A stretch of 64,000 nt of DNA from Eledone cirrhosa (lineage: Eukaryota), in the NCBI GenBank assembly GCA_964016885.1, contig OZ024747.1:35464001-35528000 (forward strand). Direction: 5' to 3'. Within the stretch, counting starts at the first letter, position 1; each line of letters opens with the position of its first letter. Under the pieces are notes generated by a model. The model saw nothing but the letters and a program-made list of their open reading frames with translations, was not told the origin of the DNA and searched no databases. Of the stretch, positions 38,273 to 50,354 are shown in pieces. Both the position numbers and the translations under genes were made by a program.

Positions 38273-38304
<32 letters not shown>

Positions 38305-38309
<5 letters not shown>

Positions 38310-38475
38310 CAAGGCTCTGATACCATCAACACCATAAACACAGAGCTGGCATATCTAAGAACTGACTAACTGCCTGATGAGGTCATAGCCATTCAATAGC
38401 TATCATCGAAATATGAATAGCAGTAAATAAAGGATTATGAGTTCATGCAATTGACTTATGTTTCGTCACTATACA
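38305..38475 (+). mobile_element. PLE terminus fragment with a hammerhead motif at 38369-38424
   Basis: actgc CTGATGA ggtcatagc..gctatcatc GAAA tatgaa TA gcagt; matches 19640-19797. Confidence 0.75.
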
Positions 38476-38699
38476 TATATATATGCTATATACATGAGAG
38501 ATGAATATATAGTTTATGTTCCCATCGTGATTTCTGTGAGTTAGAAATAATACTAAGACATTGATAACCATGTACTTCATTAATTCTATGACGGCAATTA
38601 AGAATAACGGTTGCATTTGAATATGAAATGCAGCTCTTCTGGTTAATTGCTTCCTTAATTTCATTGACTTTACTAAGAATATTTATCTTCATTATTTAA

Positions 38700-38775
38700 T
38701 ACGGGGTCGATAAAATAAAGTACCAGTAATACACTGGGTATTTGCTGGCCTTGTGCCAAAACTAGAGACACTTAT
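38700..38775 (+). mobile_element. 5'-truncated SINE S1
   Basis: 3' half of S1; ttatttaata is repeated on both sides. Confidence 0.85.
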
Positions 38776-38784
38776 TTAATATTA

Positions 38785-41700
38785 TTATGTGTGATGGTTG
38801 TAAAAGTATGGCGATGTTGTCTGGTGGTTTTGGTGGTTGCGACATATTTGCAAGGTCGAATTTTACGATGGATTACAGGTTAAAATGTGACATAGGGAAC
38901 ACGGGGTACTGGACTGAGGGGTGGTCGAGGTATGGCGATGTGTTTGGTGGTGGTGGTGGGGGTGATTTGTTCGACATCATATTTACAGGATCGGATTTTA
39001 CGATGGGTTACAAGCTAATACCTGACAGAGAAGACACATAGAACACAATATATTGAGATGAAGGGTGTATGGCGATGTGTTTGTTGTTGGTGGTGGTGGT
39101 GGTGTTGGGGGTGAAGTGTGCGACATGATATTTATAACATCTGATCTTACCATGGGTTACATGTTATAGAAGAGAAATATATTGAGATGAGGGACGGTGT
39201 GGCAAAGCAAAGGTGGTTATCCCTATATTGGGTCAGGGTTAGTGTTTGGCCCTCGGCCGAATGTTTGTGCAGAGAAGATGGTCATTCTGGTGTATCTGAA
39301 GTTTATAATGTCAGATCTTGAGTTTATGGCCAATTTCAATTTAATGATCTCAGCCGCTTCGGCCAGGCATAATCTGCAGTGATTTTGTTGTTGGGGAGAT
39401 GTGTTTACACGTCTTTTAACTGACCACTTGATCTGGTATTCCATGTTCTTGTCTTTGACGTTCCAGATCAAGTCCGCCAGTTTTGTTTGGGATCGTTTGG
39501 GCCTGCGTTTGAAGGAACTTTTGTGGTTATATCAGCGTTCTTTAAACGTAGTCGATGTCGCCCCTATATAGGAGTACTCTTTTTGGCCCGCTGTGACATC
39601 GCACCGGTAAATAATGTTTTTAACGAGGCACTACTCCTCTTTTAGTGGGCATTCTACACGCTTTTGCAGTTGGAGTTGGGGGTTATGGGTTTGTTGCCAC
39701 ATTGCCGGTTGTTCGTATTCTGTGTCGAGCTGGCCTGTAGGTTGCTGTGTTGTATTTTGTGTGTGGTTTCGTTCTGGGTTGTGCTAGTGGTTGGTTGTAG
39801 TCCTATCATGTGTTTGCGTCATTTTGTCGTATTTGCGTGTGCTATCGTGTCGCCTAGATTTGGTGTTGTGGAGAAGGAGAATTTGACAGTGTGTCTGTTA
39901 AAGAGCTTGTGGTATTTATGTGTGTGTTGGGGGGATTGTTCAAAAGCTCTGAAGAAGGTTCCCGGTATATTGGAGGTTATGTGTATAGAGTACGGGACGT
40001 TGTACTATATACACTGCTTCGGGCTTTACGGTGTTTAGTGTGGTTGTTGTAGTTTGGTGGTTGCGTGGGTGCGTTTTGGTCAGGCGTATTTGAAATGGGG
40101 GTTCTTACTATTCTATTGCCGTTAAATCTCGGGTCTCTATTACTACGTAGTCGCGTCCGATATTCAGTCCTTAATGGGCTTGGAGGGTATAGATTTATCT
40201 CGATGGCAGTTGTGTGTAACGCTGCATTCCCTGTCGGCTAAGTGTGGTCTTTGCTTAGTATGTGTTCGAGGTGGGGTATCCTCGTCTATTTGCGTTTCTA
40301 AGGGTCTGTTTGGATTTAGCGGCGTTGTGGTTCTAGTTTGGTTATTGTAAGTTATCTTCTCATTGTACCCAGCATTTTAAAGTGCGGATTTATAGTATTC
40401 CCTGCGCTGGTTGAAGATAGTTCTGTTCACTGACAGGGTTGACACTCTGTAGGAAACACTTTTAACTATTGAGTTAATTATGCTCCTAGGGTGGTTGGAG
40501 TGTATGTTGACATATTCAGGTTTTCGTTGGTTTTATGGTATGGCCGGTAGAGACCTCTGCCTAATTCTAATGTGACGTCTAAGAAGTTTACTGTCCTACT
40601 TTGGGGTTCTATTTCTACCGCTAATCCTTAGGTCTGAAAGATATATCTAAGTCGTTTGTGTAGTCTATCTAATTGGCTATTATTGTGTCCGCGGGCCATG
40701 AGTAGGAAGTCGTCCCGGTACAAGCCTCCGCTCATGGTGGGGATCTCATCCGTTATTATATTTAGGAGGTATAGGCCTACTACATCAGTAACCTGTCCGA
40801 ATCACTAGACCCCATATTAATGTCGAAACCATCTGGTCTATTTTGTCGTTCCCAACATTTTATCGTAAAATTCTAGTCAAGTTTTCCTAGCTACTAGCAT
40901 GATGTCTACCTCCATTCTGGTGAAGATTGATCTGTTCATGGCTGAGAACAGTGCCTTGTTTAGGATGACCGGGGATATAGAGGCGTAGTAGTTCGCAATG
41001 TCCATTTGGAATAATCGAACATCCTACTTGGTTTCAATGCCGGAGAACCAGTCGATTACCTCCTTTGTACAGGACCAGGCTGAGTTTTGTCCTATTTCTT
41101 ATTTCTGGTATTACCCAGTCAATGATGCATTTGCTTAGTCTACCTAGGCCTGATGTAGAGGGAGCTATGAGTCCGACCGCTAGTTTGGACTGAAAGACCG
41201 GTTTATGATCCTTAATTGATATCCTCGGTGTCCTAGGGTTGTATGGTTGTGTCTTGTCGTCTATGGTCAGTGCTGTCATTTCGTTTTTGCCTGTTTGTTT
41301 ATGTGTGCTAGGTTTTCCCGTGTTGATGTTTTGTATATTTCAGCTATTTCGTTTGTGATGCATTTCTTGTAGGTTTTGTACTCCAAATTATAGATATTTC
41401 CGGTCTTATCCGCCGGTACGATGATGCCAGGACTTTTCCTGGACTTCTTTACGGTGGATACTGTCCAGACAGGAATGCACTTCTGAAAGGATTTCGCGGA
41501 GATTTTCTAAATTTAATACTCTGGACCATGGTAATAATCCTGTCCTCAAACTACTCTAGGAGTGGGTTGTGCGGTGGGGTTTTCCTCGATTTGAATAGTC
41601 TTTTCAGGTGGTTGGTGGAATTGTCGTCGGATCCAGGGGCACTCCTGTTGTTGTAGTGGTAGGCACTCCACCGGACCCTTCTAATGAACATGTTATCTAT

Positions 41701-41880
41701 ATATATACATATTTCCAAATGATAAGGTATGGTTTTCATGGGTATGTCTCTATTTATTAAACAAACTTTTTATTTTATCTGATGAAAGCGTACCAATGTG
41801 TCTTGGTACCCTTGAAATATATATAATAATATAAATATGGTTTTATAAATATATTTTCCATTTCTTTAATATCATTGAGT
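38785..41880 (-). mobile_element. Penelope-like element (Hydra-like), near-full ORF but degenerate, with an inverted pseudo-LTR piece at the 5' side
   Basis: RRVRWSAYHY, IVPADKTGNIY, PRISIKDHK, LIAPSTSGLG, QMDIANYYASI, GLYRDDF, NFLDV, YSYIGATSTTFKER, KWSV, CRLCLAE. 3' tandem repeats at 38800-39200. Confidence 0.9.
41775..41829 (+). ncRNA. Type I hammerhead in the inverted pseudo-LTR
   Basis: ttat CTGATGA aagcgtaccaa-tgtgtc-ttggtaccctt GAAA tatata TA ataa. Confidence 0.8.
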
Positions 41881-41891
41881 ATATATATATA

Positions 41892-42032
41892 TAAGGCGGG
41901 TAAAATTCCCGAGATCCATGGACGAGTTCTCTCCAGCGGTCTCTGTCCCTCATTATCGCTGCCATGTCCTGCGTCTCCAACAGACCAGTGTCTGTCCTTA
42001 GGGCATCAACATACGTTAACCTTGGACTTCCA
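41892..42032 (-). mobile_element. 3' end of an RTE-like LINE
   Basis: Minus frame GSPRLTYVDALRTDTGLLETQDMAAIMRDRDRWRELV matches the G(R)P..W/Y.D....D....DR..WR C-terminal motif. Confidence 0.75.
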
Positions 42033-42471
42033 CTTCTAGTGTGTCAATGCTTTCACCCTTAACGGGATCTTCTGAAACTAAAAAAGTCAACCTGTGAATG
42101 TAGAAGTAAATATTTAAAAAAAGTTTGCGACCGAAGGAAGACAGGAAGACGATACATTGGTTCGTGGAAACGTTCCCTGGCAAAGAACGGAAGATAAACG
42201 AAAAAAGAAACGAGGATAATACGTCATTATTTGGTGCAGTGCAAACAATTACACGCGAAGACAAAACCACGTTTATGGTATAAATGAAGTCGTAGACTAA
42301 TATTCTTTTAGGTGATTCATGGAGACGTTCTCTGGCAATGAACGGAAAAAACGAAGATAATACGTCATAATGTGGAGCATAATATTTTAATAAATACGGT
42401 TCTTATATATCTGATATGTATTTATCCTTATCGAGCCCTATTTGGATTTTAGTCTTCAAATTTATTATTAT

Positions 42472-42525
<54 letters not shown>

Positions 42526-42910
42526 GTTAACATATACATAATGTTATAGATATATACATGTTGCAACTGGTCACTTTTAAGCTCTATGAAAAATTAATAA
42601 ATTAAAAAATCAGAGCAATATATCATAAATCATGTCTTTAGAATCATCAGATAATAAAATATATACTATTTCTTCTCCTAATTAGCATAATTAATGATAT
42701 AAAAAAATCAATTAGAACAAGCTATAAGAATAAATGCTATTATGGGGAAATCTCCGACAAATAACCGAACGCAGCCTCTTCGCGGCGGCCTCAATCGAGT
42801 ATTTATCCAAAATATCGACAGCATGTAGAAACTGACTAAATATACCATCTACCATACACAATTAGGTGTAAAATTAAACTTAGAAGAAATGCGCACATAC
42901 CGTAATTATA

Positions 42911-42985
42911 GCTCTACCATGGTTTCTTCCTTATTTTTAGACATCCAAATAATAGGAATGTCCTGAGTTAGGATTCATCAGGAGA
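42911..42985 (-). ncRNA. Type I hammerhead, family D (copy 1)
   Basis: tctc CTGATGA atcct..aggaa GAAA ccatgg TA gagc. Confidence 0.7.
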
Positions 42986-43575
42986 CAAACTCAAAATCAG
43001 ACATCTAGTTTTTCAATCCGATCCCGCCAAAAATTGATTAAAAAATGGCTAAGAATCGCTATGTGGCTTTGGTCAAGCCAGAAAGAAAAAAATGTGATTG
43101 GTTGCTTACGGCGGGTAGGCTTGCTGCTAGAAAGCGCAGCCAAATATCGCCAAATTTCATCTCAACCTATTGGGAGATTATTAAATATAAAGGTTAACAT
43201 ATAAATAAAGTTATAGATATATACATGTTGCAACTGGTCACTTTTAAGCTCTATGAAGAGATAATAAATTAAAAAATCAGAGCAATATATCATAAATCAT
43301 GTCTTTAGAATCATCAGATAATAAAATATATACTATTTCTTCTCCTAATTAGCATAATTAACCATATAAAAATCAATTAGAACAAGCTATAAGAATAAAT
43401 GCTCTTATGGGGAAATCTCCGACAAATAACCGAACGTAGCCTCTTCGCGGCGGCCTCAATCGAGTATTTATCCAACATTTCGACAGCATGTAGAAACTGA
43501 CTAAATATACCATCAACCATACACAATTAGATGTAAAATTAAACTTAGAGGAAATGCGCACATACCGTAAGTATA

Positions 43576-43650
43576 TCTCTACCATGGTTTCTTCCTTATT
43601 TTTAGACATCCAAATAATAGGAATGTCCTGAGGTAGGATTCATCAGGAGA
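43576..43650 (-). ncRNA. Type I hammerhead, family D (copy 2)
   Basis: tctc CTGATGA atcct..aggaa GAAA ccatgg TA gaga. Confidence 0.75.
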
Positions 43651-44185
43651 CAAACTCAAAATCAGACATCTAGATTTTCAATCCGATCCCGCCAAAAGTT
43701 GATTCAAAAATGGCTAAGAATCGCTATGTGGCTACGTTCGGTTATTTGTCGGAGAAATCCCCATAACAGCATTTATTCTTATAGCTTGTTCTAATTGATT
43801 TTTTATATGGTTAATTATGCTAATTAGGAGAAGAAATAGTATATATTTTACTATCTGATGATTCTAAAGACATGATTTATGATATATTGCTCTGATTTTT
43901 TAATTTATTAAATTCTTCATAGAGCTTAAAAGTGACCAGTTGCAACATGTATATATCTATAACTTTTTTTATATGTTAACCTTTATATTTAATAATCTCC
44001 CAATAGGTTGAGATTAAATTTGGGATATTTGGCTGCGCTTTCTAGTAGCAAGCCTACCCGCCGTAAGCAACCAATCAGATTCTTTCTTTCTGGCTTGACC
44101 AAAGTCACATAGCGATTCTTAGCCATTGTTGAATCAATTTTTGGCGGGATCGGATTGAAAAACTAGATCTCTGATTTTGAGTTTG

Positions 44186-44260
44186 TCTCCTGATGAATCC
44201 TAACTCAGGACATTCCTATTATTTGGATGTCTAAAAATAAGGAAGAAACCATGGTAGAGA
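44186..44260 (+). ncRNA. Type I hammerhead, family D (copy 3)
   Basis: tctc CTGATGA atcctaactcaggacattcc..ggatgtc..aggaa GAAA ccatgg TA gaga. Confidence 0.75.
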
Positions 44261-44569
44261 TATACTTACGGTATGTGCGCATTTCTTCTAAGTTTAATTT
44301 TGCACCTAATTGTGTATGGTTGATGGTATATTTAGTCAGTTTCTACATGCTGTCGAAATGTTGGATAAATACTCGATTGAGGCCGCCGCGAAGAGGCTAC
44401 GTTCGGTTATTTGTCGGAGATTTCCCCATAAGAGCATTTATTCTTATAGCTTGTTCTAATTGATTTTTTATATGGTTAATTATGCTAATTAGGAGAAGAA
44501 ATAGTATATATTTTATTATCTGATGATTCTAAAGACATGATTTATGATATATTTATATATATATATATA

Positions 44570-46680
44570 GGAAAAGTAAATAACAACAAGAAGGATACAG
44601 TTACGAAAGGTGTTAGGTATTAGGTTCACGCTTGAGAGTGGGAGTGTGGGTGACGTTTCGGGCATAATCCCTTCATCAAGAGAAATCTGGGAAGGAGGGG
44701 AGTTCCAAGAAGATGTGAGAGAGGAGTGGTGGAAAGACATTAAGATAAAAGAAAAAATAGAAATAGTGGGAAAAAAATAATAATAATAAAAGCACATGAG
44801 TGGGACAATAAGTTGAAAACAAGAGGTGAAAGGGTGTGAGGTGTGTTGAGGTGGCGGTAGGTGGATGGAGTGGAGATGGGAGAAGGAAATTGGGGTTCGA
44901 GCGGGTGATGGATGAAGGTGGGGTGTGTGTGTATGCGTGGATGTGGGTGTGAGAGATTGGGGGAGAACGAGGTTCCATTCTTGGGTTTTAGGAAAACCAG
45001 TGTGTACATTGGTTGGGGTGGGGTGTAAGTATGTGTGTGTGTGCGTGTGGATGAAGAGGGGTCGGACGGGGTGGGGGAGAGGGATCGTGCGGTGTCCGGA
45101 GGTGGTGTGGGTGCATGTGAGAATACGCATGTGTGTTTGTGTTTTTTGTGTGGTGGGCATACGTGGGAATGTATGGTTGCGAAAATGGTGTGTTTGTGTG
45201 TGTGTGTTTGTGTGTTCCTGAATGGTTTCCGGTGTGTGTGCAGAAGGATGGTGAAATTCCGGGTAGTATCTCATAGATATCCTGAGATTGTGACCAGAGG
45301 TGTAGGATCCGTGGAATTGTTGAGGAGGAAGTAGAAATGTGTAGGGCGCGCGCAACAGGAAGTGGTCAAGATTGTCAGGGTAGGGTGAAGTGTGCGAGAG
45401 AGGGAGAAGGGAGGAGAAGAGCAGACAAAGGGTAGGGAGTGTAAGAGGGAGTGGCAGGTGTGTAGGAATGTGTGTATGTGTATGCTGGGTGCGGTGGACG
45501 GGAGAGGAGGAGGGCCAGTGTGAAAAGTTGAAGGAGGGGTGGCGGTATGTGTGTAGGGGGGGTTTGTGTGTTTATTAGTAGGATGTCTGTGGGGGTGGTG
45601 GTAGTACTGGGGGGGCAGGGTGCTGGTTCCTATATGAATGAGTGTAATATACTGCTGTGTGTGTGCGTGTTTGGGTATGAGTGCGTGTGTGTATGGTAGG
45701 GTGGGTGTTAATATTATTAGTTGTGGGGTGCGGGTGGAATACGGGTGCGTGGATGGGGTTTAGTGGGGATAGTAGGGTGTGTGAAAAGTGGGAGTGAGTT
45801 TATATATATACTGGTGTGTGTGTGCATGTTGAGAGTGTGGGTGCGTGTGTGGTAGGGGGATTGTTAGTATTATTAGTGGTGGGGTGGACCAAGGGGGCGG
45901 GGTGACTGGAAGTGAAAGGGACTGTTATTCTTGGGAGTGTTTTAGTGGTCTTAATATGGGGGTGTAGGGGAGGGGGAACGGTTGAAGGCTAATGGAAGAG
46001 GGGTGGGATTTGAAACAGGAGGAGGGGACTGTAGGGTGAAGCTGGTGTGTTGTCCGGCCCTAGGTCGTGCGTTGGGGGTCGCATTGCATTCAATCAGGCC
46101 ACAGAAAGTTAGGTTGCTGGCGAAGTGTCCAGGGGGCAAATTGGCGGGCGATGGGGAAGTCCGCACCGAGACGAACGTCTCGGCGGTGGTCCGTGAACCG
46201 ATCCGCCTGGCGACGTCCGGTCTGTCCAACATAGGTCGCACTACACCCCGTGCAGCGAAGTCGATAAACGATGTTGGAGGAAGTGCAGTGGAAGGCATGC
46301 CGGACAGAGAGAAAAAGGCCGTTAGGACCTTGGAACGGGGTGGTGTTGGTAATGTGGGGGTAGGTTTAGCAGTGCGGTCTGGAGCAGGGAAGGGAACGGG
46401 GGAGGGAGCGGGTTGAGGGTAGGGAGCTACGGACGAGGAGGTAGCGGAGGTTGCGCGCTCGTTTGAAAGAGGGGAGAGTAGAAATGGGAAGATGGATGAG
46501 GTGAAAGGATCGGAACGTAGGCGGAGGGGGAGACGGAGGATGGTTCGTTTGAAGGGTATGGTGGTGGGGTGGTAGGTGAGGCGGAATAAGAGATTGCGTG
46601 TGGAGGCACGGGGCGTGGGGTGAGGGTTGTGGAGCGGTTGACTGCGAAATCTCAAATCGCGTACTTTACCCAAACGGATG
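44570..46680 (-). mobile_element. Penelope-like element (Neptune-like) 3' part: linker, GIY-YIG, long 3' UTR and pseudo-LTR with an HHR-like motif at 44648-44682
   Basis: LTYHPT; a shifted frame gives CSRPHCxTYP, FHCTSSNIVYRLRCTGCSATYVGQTGRRQADRFTDH. Terminus TTGATGA a ggg-attatg-ccc GAAA cg TC (stem I imperfect) resembles 30388-30500. Confidence 0.85.
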
Positions 46681-47329
46681 GTAGATATTTAGAGAATTGC
46701 CCAACATTTATTGTAGGTGTTATTGACTATTATTATGCATCAATGAATCGTTCCACTACTTTCATGCAACGAGAATAACACACATTTAGGAAAATTCTGC
46801 CACACATAACACTGTTAGGAGTGGATACAGCATTACTGAATGGTTGATAGTTTATCTTTACAAACATCGGCTAAAAGATAAGATAAAATTTCGTTGGATA
46901 TTGGAAACGACTTTATGTTAATAAAAACATACTTACAAGGGTCTTGTTTAGTAAATGTGGATAGGTATAAAGAGTTTAGATGCTTGTGGAAAGGACTCGG
47001 GATCAATAGATGTGTGTGTATTGTAAGACACAGAATCGGATCATTTAGCATTCGAATGTTACTGTATTGTAACTGTTAGCGTGAGTGTTTGCAATGTTGA
47101 ACTACGTATTGTTACATAATGAACGTTTTAAAGCATGAGTGTCGAATTTGGTCCACTTACTCAAATCGAATCTTTCTTTGCAAATGAAATAATATCTCAC
47201 TTTACAATTAATCCGGTTATATACGATGCTGAGATTGTTATCAGGGTTGTAGGGTTGTAAAGTATTTAACATAGCTTTATTGAATAAAAGTTCCACTTCA
47301 TGACGTGTATATATACATGTATATATATA

Positions 47330-47431
<102 letters not shown>

Positions 47432-48358
47432 TTATGCTTATCAAAATACTACATATGTAAGTATATATGTATGTGTGATGGTGCGTGTAGGGAGCGTGTT
47501 TGTGTGCACCTATTTACATGTGCGTGTATGTATGTATGTGCGTGCGTGTGAAATATTGTAACTAAGAGAAAATGTTCTATATAGTTACTTTAAGTGAAAT
47601 ACTGTAGCAATTGTGTAAATATGTGGAGATAATGAAATACAATTTGGTTTCTACCTGCTTTCAGTGCAATTACATAATTTCCGTTGCTGCTACCTGTGTG
47701 GTAATTGCTGGTAATGAAATTTTGTCAAGGTTATTTACTTTAAAACCGGGAATGTTTGAAGAAATTACTAAATAAATATTATCGATAATCTTGCAATAGG
47801 AAGTATATATAAACAAAATATAGAAAACGTTCGATAAAAAGAAATATGTTTATCAAATCCATATTGCCTAATATCTTGTTCACCATTTCATACACATTTC
47901 AATATTACATTTCCGAATGTAAAGAGAGAAAAATATTAGCAGAAAATACTTTTCACAACCACTTTCTTCTTTTTGTTACCCCCGATATATTGTAAACACA
48001 TTTCATGTGTATACAATTGTTACCACCGATATGTGTATATAATTTCAACGTTGAAACCCAGAGGGGATGTAAAATGTATACTTTCAACAATGAGTTGGAA
48101 TCTCCCAGGGAATTTGTACAGACTTTATCTTTAAACGATATCCTTTATTCCTAATCAATGAAGTATATTGGTTAGATCTAGATGCATATAATAACGTTTC
48201 TTTTGGGGGCTACTTTGATGTATTAATTACAGCAGATTTAACATACGTTTGTCTATAAATATGGAGATGTTAAATTCGGTCTTTAGTAGAGTATAACATT
48301 AAGAATCTTAAGTACCATTGACATTTTTGTGCCCAAAATAATCTAGGCCTAGTTACTA

Positions 48359-48562
48359 ATAATTGTTTCTTCTTTTGCAACAAGGCCAGCAATTTCAAGG
48401 GATGGTGAAAGACCCCAGTGTGTTAATGCTAACTTCTTTTATCGACATCATAAGGACGAAACTCATAGCTAATCGAGGTGGGATTTGAAATCAGAACCTA
48501 AAGGGCCCTAACTATATGCCACAAATTATGTTGTCCGACACACTAACGATACTGCAATGTAC
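48359..48562 (-). mobile_element. Diverged SINE related to S1
   Basis: aattgtttct..caaggccagcaat..ttttatcgac..gggatttgaaatcagaac aligns with S1. Confidence 0.75.
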
Positions 48563-49107
48563 TGTCCTAACGTGCATACTAAAAATAATAACTAAAACAG
48601 ATATTTTTTTCTATTTGTCGATTAGTGAAATAATTAAAAAAAAAAGCGATATTTCAAATTAGTTTGAAATCAACGAGAAATATGAGTTACATATATTTGA
48701 AATCTCTTCGGAGCAACGTAATTTGATATGAGTATGTATATCGACCGTCATTGCGGCTGATGTTGAATAGTTGAAATCGGTATGGTATATTATATTTATG
48801 ACTTAATGGATCTAAATGTAATTTGCGTTGCCTCTTGGGTTTATAGTTAAAGAAAAAATTATTAGGTTCAGCTAAGTATTATTATTTAATGTAAATATTA
48901 ATATGTTCAGTTAAATGGTTTAGTTGAATACAATATTATCACATTTTTAATTTAAGTATTATCGTATGGAATATTATTAAAAACAGTTATATAAATGGTA
49001 TATACCTAGGTGATAGTATGATGTTTATGACAATCATATCGCCGAGTATTAAAGATAAACGAATGTATCACAGGGGATTAAAGCAGGAACTGATTCATGT
49101 TACGAAT

Positions 49108-49108
49108 T

Positions 49109-49149
<41 letters not shown>

Positions 49150-49163
49150 TATCATCATCATCA
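49108..49163. repeat. (CAT)n trinucleotide repeat
   Basis: Direct reading. Confidence 0.95.
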
Positions 49164-49164
49164 C

Positions 49165-49420
49165 CATCACCATCATCATCATCACCGTCTTCTTCTTCTT
49201 CGTCTTCTTCTTCTTCCACTTATTCCTGAGAGGGTCGTGGGGGAAGAGACCACAAACACCCCTTCCGGCCGGTCCTGTCAGAAGGAAACGTTTCCGACTG
49301 ATCGAGCTTCATCCCCAAGAGAGACCAGATGACTTCTTCATCATGTCGTATGATATGCTCACAATAGTTAGAAAGACAGAGCGAGATTGTTGAGCCAAAC
49401 GAAGTCTTCATTTATAGACT
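49165..49420 (-). mobile_element. Probable degenerate 3' end of an RTE-like LINE with a (GAA)n tail
   Basis: Minus frame HIIRHDE...DRTGR...PPRPSQE* followed by GAA repeats. Confidence 0.5.
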
Positions 49421-50354
49421 TCCTACAGGCCGCCGGGAAAACGTCTGAATGGGTAATCCAGAACAATATGCAGCTCCCCCACAGTCACTTACTTCGCTGT
49501 CTTTCATTTTCCATCTAATGCCTTTACGCGATATATGCACAGCTTGTTGGATTGACTGCAACTAACATTCAAATTACAAGCTAAACCATACATTCTCATT
49601 TTTTTTTATACATAACAAGTGGCGTGGAATGCCTAGCATCTCTACCAACAAATAAAACGAACGATTATTTTCAGCTGATAGAACTCTGAATCCACGTCGG
49701 ATACGTCAGAAGATGATGCTTTTTATTCGTCTATCATTATCTTAGTGCATGTCTTCACAAATACATCAATCTAAGAAACATGTAATGAATATTTTAATGA
49801 TACATTTGAAAGTCTACTATTTATATTAGAATCTAATTTCAAAAGGGAATATATTGCATCTCTGCAAAAACATTACCGGTTGTGGTTATGAAATTGATGA
49901 CAAGTTTGTTAAAGTTCGTCGCGTCAATACCAGGCATTGGTTAACTTAAATAATTACTATACTGTTTAGGAAACATCTATTTCCAGTAATTAGATTCAGT
50001 ATGATAGATATGACCCTAACGTAAATTAAAGTATAACATATAATATTTCATGGAGATGATTAGAAGTATGTATATTTTATTTCACATCATTCTCCTTTGT
50101 GAAGCGTTGTCGTAAATATGAAGCAATTCATTTAATTCAAACATTCAAAGGCGTAAAAAAACGAATCGATCCACAAACATTAATCTTAATAACATCTCTA
50201 TAAACAATTTTGATACACCAGGCACCATGGAAACAAAGCAATATAGGCTGAGACGATTGTGAAATGATAAATATATCAGATATGATTCAATGATACAGAA
50301 TATGTAAATCAAAACGTACACTAAATACATATATCTATATATATAATTCGCTAT

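Larger units (their letters stand above)
30551..38275 (+). mobile_element. Penelope-like element (Hydra-like) with a 1.7-kb inverted copy of its 3' end at the truncated 5' side
   Basis: Coding 32247-34159: RLICPSKSDIG, QFDIDNYYSSI, MGSSDSAQITDLVG, GLYRDD, PYHKPN, WYNAPF, CNCRNKANCPLKGNCL, IVY..YIG, CKLCSQE. 30551-32246 is the reverse complement of 35298-38141 without the insertion at 35874-37075. Confidence 0.9.
42521..44548. mobile_element. HHR-containing non-coding element, family D: about 1.8 tandem units (period about 666 nt) on minus, then about 1.2 inverted units
   Basis: aaaggttaacatat at 42522 and 43189; strand switch at about 43730 (ggctacg); flanked by (TA)n; no credible ORF. Confidence 0.9.

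Noticed and set aside
43850-43960. Second CTGATGA in family D followed distantly by GCAA-catg-TA
   Set aside because: Stem I and stem II do not close convincingly, so not called a hammerhead.
43373-44463. Duplicated 78-aa ORF MSKNKEETMVEIY...
   Set aside because: It is repeated only because the family D unit is repeated, overlaps the hammerhead, and has no recognisable motif.
44516-45578. 279-aa Pro/His/Thr-rich ORF and overlapping ORFs
   Set aside because: Low-complexity 3' UTR of the Neptune-like PLE.
46833-47296. Short minus ORFs, one with a [10 protein letters not shown] segment faintly like a C-type lectin end
   Set aside because: Other lectin motifs are missing and the frame has nearby stops; likely chance.
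49018-49393. Poly-His and poly-Ile ORFs
   Set aside because: Products of (CAT)n and (CTT)n repeats beside a LINE tail.
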